64,000 bases of DNA from an uncultured Alphaproteobacteria bacterium. Its GTDB lineage: Bacteria; Pseudomonadota; Alphaproteobacteria; CAAGCB01; CAG-977. The stretch covers positions 154,663 through 218,662 of the forward strand of contig CALXOZ010000001.1 of assembly GCA_944390195.1 (NCBI GenBank), in the 5' to 3' direction. Numbering within the stretch: position 1 is the stretch's first letter; every line of letters begins with the position of its first letter. The translations under genes were made by a program, and so were the position numbers. Below the pieces are notes generated by a model. It saw only the letters and a list, made by a program, of their open reading frames with translations, searched no databases and was not told the origin of the DNA. Positions 59,204-64,000 of the stretch are shown piece by piece.

Positions 59204-61870
59204 ATGACAAAATGGGTTTATAAATTCGGTAACGGAAAAGCCGAAGGTCATGCCGCCGATAAAAATTTGCTGGGTGGTAAAGGGGCTAATCTGGCAGAAA
59301 TGAGCTCAATCGGAATCCCTGTTCCTCCGGGCTTTACTGTCACAACGGAAGTTTGCACCTATTTCTATGAAAACGGAAAAACTTTTCCCGCCGATTTAAA
59401 AGAACAAGTTCAAGAAGGGGTTGCTCATTGTGAAGCAATCTTGGGGCGCAAGTTCGCCGATCCGGAAAATCCTTTGTTGTTCTCCGTACGTTCCGGGGCT
59501 CGTGTTTCCATGCCCGGTATGATGGACACGGTCTTGAACTTGGGATTGAATGATGAAACCGTTAAAGGGTTGGCTAAAGCTTCCGGTAATGAACGCTTTG
59601 CTTATGACAGCTATCGTCGGTTCATTCAAATGTATTCCAACGTCGTGTTGGGTATGGATCATCATGATTTTGAACATGTCCTGGAAGGCTTGAAAAATGC
59701 TAAAGGATATAAATCCGATGTCGAAATGACCGTAGACGATCTGAAATATTTGATCGAAGAATACAAAAAAATCGGAGCCGCTGCAGGAAAACCTGTTCCT
59801 CAAGACCCGCAAGAACAGTTGTGGGGCGGAATCGGCGCCGTTTTCAATTCTTGGATGGTTGACCGCGCCATTTATTACCGTAAATTGAACAATATTCCCG
59901 AATCCTGGGGAACCGCTGTTAATGTCCAAACGATGGTGTTCGGTAACTCGGGTGATAACTCCGCTACAGGTGTTTGCTTCTCTCGTGATCCGTCCACGGG
60001 ACGTAATGTCTTCTATGGCGAATATTTGAAAAATGCTCAAGGGGAAGACGTCGTCGCCGGTATCCGTACGCCACAGCAAATGTCTAAAGAAGGGAAAAAG
60101 GAACGCGGTTCCGATTTGCCTTGTTTGGAAGAAGAAATGCCGGAATTGTACAAGCAATTGTGCGATATCCGTGAAACGTTGGAAAAGCATTACCGCGATA
60201 TGCAGGATATGGAATTCACCATCCAAGACGGTAAGTTATATATGTTGCAGACCCGTAACGGAAAAAGAACAGGGGCTGCCGCTTTGAAAATCGCCGTCGA
60301 TATGGTGAATGAAGGCTTGATTGACAAAAAAACGGCTTTGACGCGTGTCGAACCTCAACAATTGGACGCTTTGTTGCATCCGACTTTGGATCCTAAGGCT
60401 AAAAAAGCCGCTAAAGTTATCGCTACAGGTTTGCCGGCTTCTCCGGGGGCTGCCGTCGGTCAAGTCGTCTTTTCCGCTGATGATGCCGAAAAATGGGCTG
60501 AAGAAGGGAAAAAAGTCGTTCTCGTCCGTGTCGAAACGTCTCCTGAAGATATTCACGGAATGCATGTCTCTCAAGGGATCTTGACCGCTCGCGGAGGCAT
60601 GACCTCTCACGCCGCTGTTGTGGCGCGCGGTATGGGAACACCCGCCGTCTGCGGTGTCGGTGAAGTGAAAATCGATTATGCCGCTAAAACGATGACCGTT
60701 GGCGATATCGTTGTTAAAGAAGGCGATATGATCACTTTGGACGGTTCCACCGGTGAAGTCATCTTGGGCGCTGTTGCTACAAAAGAACCTGAATTGGTCG
60801 GTGACTTCGGGCTGTTGATGGGATGGGCTGATGAAGTCCGTAAGTTGAAAGTCCGTACTAATGCCGATACGCCTCATGATGCTCAGGTCGCTCGTAAATT
60901 CGGAGCTGAAGGTATCGGTTTGTGCCGTACGGAACACATGTTCTTTGATCCTCAACGTATTTCCCATATGCGTCAGATGATTCTGGCAACAACCGAAGAT
61001 GAACGTCGTAAGGCTCTGGCAAAATTGTTGCCTTATCAGCGCGACGACTTTAAGGGCTTGTTCCTTGCTCTGGAAGGCTTGCCTGTTACAATCCGTCTGC
61101 TTGATCCGCCTCTGCATGAGTTCTTGCCTCAAAAGGAAAACGAACAACGCGAAATCGCTAAAGAGTTGGGTGTAACTTTGGAAGCTGTTAAAGCGCGTGT
61201 TGAACAGTTGCATGAAGCCAATCCGATGTTGGGACATCGTGGCTGCCGTCTGGGGATTACTTATCCGGAAATCTATGAAATGCAGGCTCAGGCAATCTTT
61301 GAAGCCGCTGTCGAAGCTTCTAAGGAATTGGGTAAACAGGTCGAACCTGAAGTCATGATTCCTTTGGTCGGTACGAAAAAAGAATTGGATATGATGAAGG
61401 CGGCCGTCGTTAAAATGGCTGAACAAGTCATGGAAAAAGCCGGTACGAAATTCAATTATATGATCGGTACGATGATTGAATTGCCGCGTGCTGCTTTGAC
61501 TGCTGATAAAATCGCTGAAACAGCTGAATTCTTCAGCTTCGGAACGAACGATTTGACCCAGACGACTTTGGGAATGAGCCGTGACGATGCCGGGGCTTTC
61601 CTGCCCGAGTATGTGGCTAAAGGCATTTTCGCCCGTGATCCGTTCGCTACGATCGACGAAGAAGGAGTCGGCGAAATGGTTCGTATCGCAGTTGAAAAAG
61701 GATCGAAAACACGTCCTAATATTAAATTGGGAATTTGCGGTGAACATGGTGGTGACCCGACGACAATTGATTTCTGTCATCGTGTCGGTTTGACTTATGT
61801 CTCTTGCTCGCCGTACCGTGTGCCTATCGCTCGTTTGGCTGCGGCTCAGGCTGCCGTGCGCAACGGGTAG
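59204..61870 (+). CDS. ppdK: pyruvate, phosphate dikinase
   Basis: [34 protein letters not shown]-terminus. Central His domain [18 protein letters not shown]-utilising TIM barrel. Alternative TTG start at 59195. Confidence 0.95.
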   Translation: MTKWVYKFGNGKAEGHAADKNLLGGKGANLAEMSSIGIPVPPGFTVTTEVCTYFYENGKTFPADLKEQVQEGVAHCEAILGRKFADPENPLLFSVRSGARVSMPGMMDTVLNLGLNDETVKGLAKASGNERFAYDSYRRFIQMYSNVVLGMDHHDFEHVLEGLKNAKGYKSDVEMTVDDLKYLIEEYKKIGAAAGKPVPQDPQEQLWGGIGAVFNSWMVDRAIYYRKLNNIPESWGTAVNVQTMVFGNSGDNSATGVCFSRDPSTGRNVFYGEYLKNAQGEDVVAGIRTPQQMSKEGKKERGSDLPCLEEEMPELYKQLCDIRETLEKHYRDMQDMEFTIQDGKLYMLQTRNGKRTGAAALKIAVDMVNEGLIDKKTALTRVEPQQLDALLHPTLDPKAKKAAKVIATGLPASPGAAVGQVVFSADDAEKWAEEGKKVVLVRVETSPEDIHGMHVSQGILTARGGMTSHAAVVARGMGTPAVCGVGEVKIDYAAKTMTVGDIVVKEGDMITLDGSTGEVILGAVATKEPELVGDFGLLMGWADEVRKLKVRTNADTPHDAQVARKFGAEGIGLCRTEHMFFDPQRISHMRQMILATTEDERRKALAKLLPYQRDDFKGLFLALEGLPVTIRLLDPPLHEFLPQKENEQREIAKELGVTLEAVKARVEQLHEANPMLGHRGCRLGITYPEIYEMQAQAIFEAAVEASKELGKQVEPEVMIPLVGTKKELDMMKAAVVKMAEQVMEKAGTKFNYMIGTMIELPRAALTADKIAETAEFFSFGTNDLTQTTLGMSRDDAGAFLPEYVAKGIFARDPFATIDEEGVGEMVRIAVEKGSKTRPNIKLGICGEHGGDPTTIDFCHRVGLTYVSCSPYRVPIARLAAAQAAVRNG

Positions 61871-61890
61871 TCCGGTCTATTGAACTCAAG

Positions 61891-61923
61891 GTACTCTGCC
61901 GTTTTTCGGCAGAGTACTTTTTT
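61891..61923 (+). terminator. rho-independent terminator after ppdK
   Basis: GTACTCTGCCGtttttCGGCAGAGTAC followed by TTTTTT. Confidence 0.75.
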
Positions 61924-62025
61924 AGTTATAAAAAAATGGCTTTGATATTCGTGTGTCTGGAATAAATGTATAAAAAATTCATTTTAGAAAATTCTTTTTT
62001 TTGCGATTACCGGAAAATAAAAAAA

Positions 62026-62373
62026 ATGAAAACAGCCATTTTTTGGAAAACACCAACACGATTGATTGTTTTCAGCGAAAAAAGTACTGTTAAAACATCT
62101 TTAAATATTGCGGATTATTCGGGGGCTCATATCGAAATGTGGGAAAAAGTAAGAAAAAAATATCCCGCCTTGGCTTTCTATGAATATGATGATTTCCCTC
62201 GCGGTCGATTGGTCTGGAACGCAAATGAAAATAAATATTATTTTTATGCTGATAAAAATATATTGAACGATCTTGATGCTGTTAATGCCATTCTAGAACA
62301 AATTGGAATTAATAAAAAAGAATATCCAATTCTCTTTTCTAAAGACAGTCATTATAAAACTTCTTTTTCTTGA
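62026..62373 (+). CDS. hypothetical small protein (islet cargo)
   Basis: Likely start MKTAIFWKTP. 115 aa. No recognisable motif. Lies between intact ppdK and its degenerate 3' copy. Confidence 0.4.
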   Translation: MKTAIFWKTPTRLIVFSEKSTVKTSLNIADYSGAHIEMWEKVRKKYPALAFYEYDDFPRGRLVWNANENKYYFYADKNILNDLDAVNAILEQIGINKKEYPILFSKDSHYKTSFS

Positions 62374-62649
62374 TATGTTTTGTATGAAAGTGAATCCGGA
62401 AAAGGAATAGTCAAATTAATTAAATTCCCCTTGTTTATTAGTAAACAATTCCGATGGTTTTATTTGTGTCTGAAATTTTTATGCTAAAATCATTTATTTT
62501 TTAACCGGATTTTGGAAACGGAGGCTTTGTTTTGAAGATGGCTTATTCCTGTACAAAAAGCATTAATGGATTGACTTGCAAAGTGTAAAAAAACACTGAT
62601 AGAAAAGTTTACTGTGTGTTATCTTTCTTTAAGAAAAGGAGTAAAATCT

Positions 62650-62856
62650 ATGAAATTAAATAAAAAAAGAAATCCGATAGCTTATGAATTGCGATGTTCG
62701 CGAAAATATGCGATGAGAATTGTTAAAAATAAAAAAATTTATTCTCGTAAAACAAAACATAAAAAAAGCTCCATTAAAAAATATATGGAGCTTTCTTTTA
62801 TGCCGGTGTTTTTTTCAGCGTCTTTAAAAAGCTGTGCCGTTAGAGAAGATATCTGA
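62650..62856 (+). CDS. hypothetical small very basic protein (islet cargo)
   Basis: Strong AAGGAG RBS before the ATG at 62650. 68 aa with about 30% Lys/Arg. Confidence 0.35.
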   Translation: MKLNKKRNPIAYELRCSRKYAMRIVKNKKIYSRKTKHKKSSIKKYMELSFMPVFFSASLKSCAVREDI

Positions 62857-63023
62857 TTTTTTCCGGATTTAAGTTTGAAATACAGCTGTTTTTGATTTAG
62901 TACATGGGCAAAACCGTATGAAAGGCGATTATAAGAATTCTGTTATGATTGAATTGCCTCATGCCACTTTGAAAACTGATAACATTGATTAAACAGCTGA
63001 ATTATTCAATTTCAAAATAAATA

Positions 63024-63300
63024 TTTTGATTCAGACGACTTTGATCCTGAGCTGTAACAACGCAGAAGCTTTCCTGCTCGAAACTTTGGCTGAAAGCATT
63101 TTCTTCGTGATCCTTTGCTATGATTGATGAAAATGGTGTCGGCAAAACGGTTCACATTGTGTCCGATAATTCGCTCTGATATCTGATCGGGAATTTGTGG
63201 TGAACATGACTGCAACTCGACGACAACTGTTTCTGTCATCAACGCGTTTTGACTTTTATCGTAAGTCTGTTGGCATCAACCATAAACGGATCGGGGGCTA
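63024..63300 (+). pseudogene. degenerate duplicate of the ppdK 3' end (about 280 bp, frameshifted with stops)
   Basis: By-eye DNA alignment to ppdK 61552-61870: cagacgactttg..gctttcctgc.cgA...ggc.aaaggcattttc..cgtgatcc.t..cta.gat.ga.gaa...gtcggc.aaa.ggtt.....gggaatttg.ggtgaacatg.....c.cgacgacaa.tg.tttctgtcatc. Translates as QTTLILSCNNAEAFLLETLAESIFF.. versus intact [25 protein letters not shown].. Confidence 0.75.
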
Positions 63301-63413
63301 CTGTGATTTAACACTTGAAAATACAGTGGAGAGTTTTCTCTTAAGTGAGAGGATTTTGTCAGTAAAAGATATATATTGGAAAAGGCAGAGCGTTTCCTTG
63401 TCAGCTTTTTTAT

Positions 63414-63650
63414 TCAGTCACTTTTTAATTTTTTAATAAAATCAGAAGCATCTATACCGATATAGTCTGCGATGTTTAAAAATTCGATTACGTCTAAACG
63501 CCGTTCGCCATTTTCATATTTTGAAACGTATGACTGCGGCTTTTTCAACATCTGAGCCAATTGAACTTGCGTAATGTTTTTGTTGCGGCGTTCTTGAATT
63601 AACAGGTGCAGAAATAAACGGTAACGATCGGTAAAAACAGATTTTGTCAT
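63414..63650 (-). CDS. XRE-family helix-turn-helix transcriptional regulator
   Basis: ITQVQLAQMLKKPQSYVSKYENGERRLDVIEFLNIADYIGI is the Cro/C1-type HTH. True start MTKSVF (ATG at 63650, AAGGA RBS). Confidence 0.7.
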   Translation of the reverse strand: MTKSVFTDRYRLFLHLLIQERRNKNITQVQLAQMLKKPQSYVSKYENGERRLDVIEFLNIADYIGIDASDFIKKLKSD

Positions 63651-63732
63651 TGATTCTATCCTTTCTGCTTGATAAGGATAAAATCCTGTTTCAGGATATC
63701 CCAAAATAGGATATTTCGGAGTGTCTGTTTTT

Positions 63733-63993
63733 ATGAAATCAGTGTTTTTTATTGCCTTATTTTTCCTTTGTGCATGTTCTGATAATAAATTTTCGGGTTA
63801 TTACGAACCTTTGAAAATAGATCAAAATGATGAAATTTTTACAGAGAAAAAAACTGTACACAAAAAAGACGTTATTATTATCGAAACGACAAATTATGCT
63901 CAAAGAATAAAGACATATACGGATCAAGGATATGTTGTTATCGGTCAGTCTGTTTTTATGGGTAAATGGGAACCGAGATATCTGGCTGTGTAA
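63733..63993 (+). CDS. small lipoprotein (hypothetical)
   Basis: Signal plus lipobox MKSVFFIALFFLCAC followed by SD. Divergent from the XRE gene. Confidence 0.45.
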   Translation: MKSVFFIALFFLCACSDNKFSGYYEPLKIDQNDEIFTEKKTVHKKDVIIIETTNYAQRIKTYTDQGYVVIGQSVFMGKWEPRYLAV

Positions 63994-64000
63994 ACGGCTC

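Noticed and set aside
60236-61780. 514-aa ORF on the minus strand inside ppdK (also 59396..60226, 276 aa)
   Set aside because: Antisense to a strongly conserved ppdK reading frame. Low-complexity translation (S/F/R-rich), no RBS. A typical shadow ORF.

Overview
The window reads as a chromosomal segment of a low-GC alphaproteobacterium, likely host-associated. DnaK, DnaJ, HtpG, the Suv3-like helicase/Hsp15 pair, and separate glyQ/glyS and ppdK genes are most similar to Rhizobiales-type proteins. Gene density is high on both strands. Housekeeping genes I can support from the translations are: argH 3' end; fliO-fliP; htpG; hisA-hisE-HIT; alr; dapB; dnaK-dnaJ; an mlaE(STAS-fused)-mlaF-mlaD-lipoprotein operon; a class-A PBP; an Mpl/MurC-family ligase with ldcA; a U32 peptidase; thpR; a GT2 glycosyltransferase; glyQ; glyS; ppdK. 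Accessory content includes two large autotransporters, one a subtilisin-like S8 protease carrying perfect 72-bp tandem repeats. There is a set of anaerobe-type redox proteins: rubrerythrin, a tandem-rubredoxin/flavin-reductase fusion and a 2x[4Fe-4S] ferredoxin. A secreted trypsin-fold protein has its catalytic His and Ser replaced. Two regions look horizontally acquired. First, a tRNA-Arg(TCT)-adjacent AT-rich islet at about 9.5-14.3 kb carries an NgoPII/HaeIII-like GGCC restriction-modification pair plus an orphan Pol-beta-fold nucleotidyltransferase. Second, a degenerate duplicate of the last ~280 bp of ppdK lies 1.15 kb downstream of the intact gene, bracketing two tiny ORFs and followed by an XRE-family regulator; this is the footprint expected from site-specific integration into the 3' end of a protein-coding gene. 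Several uncharacterised genes are flagged for follow-up: a two-gene acidic/basic operon at 0.4-2.1 kb, an HExxH protein translationally coupled to the Mla operon, and an atypical OmpR-type regulator. I saw no CRISPR array, rRNA, transposase or integrase. All calls rest on reading the supplied translations and sequence by eye; no database searches were run.
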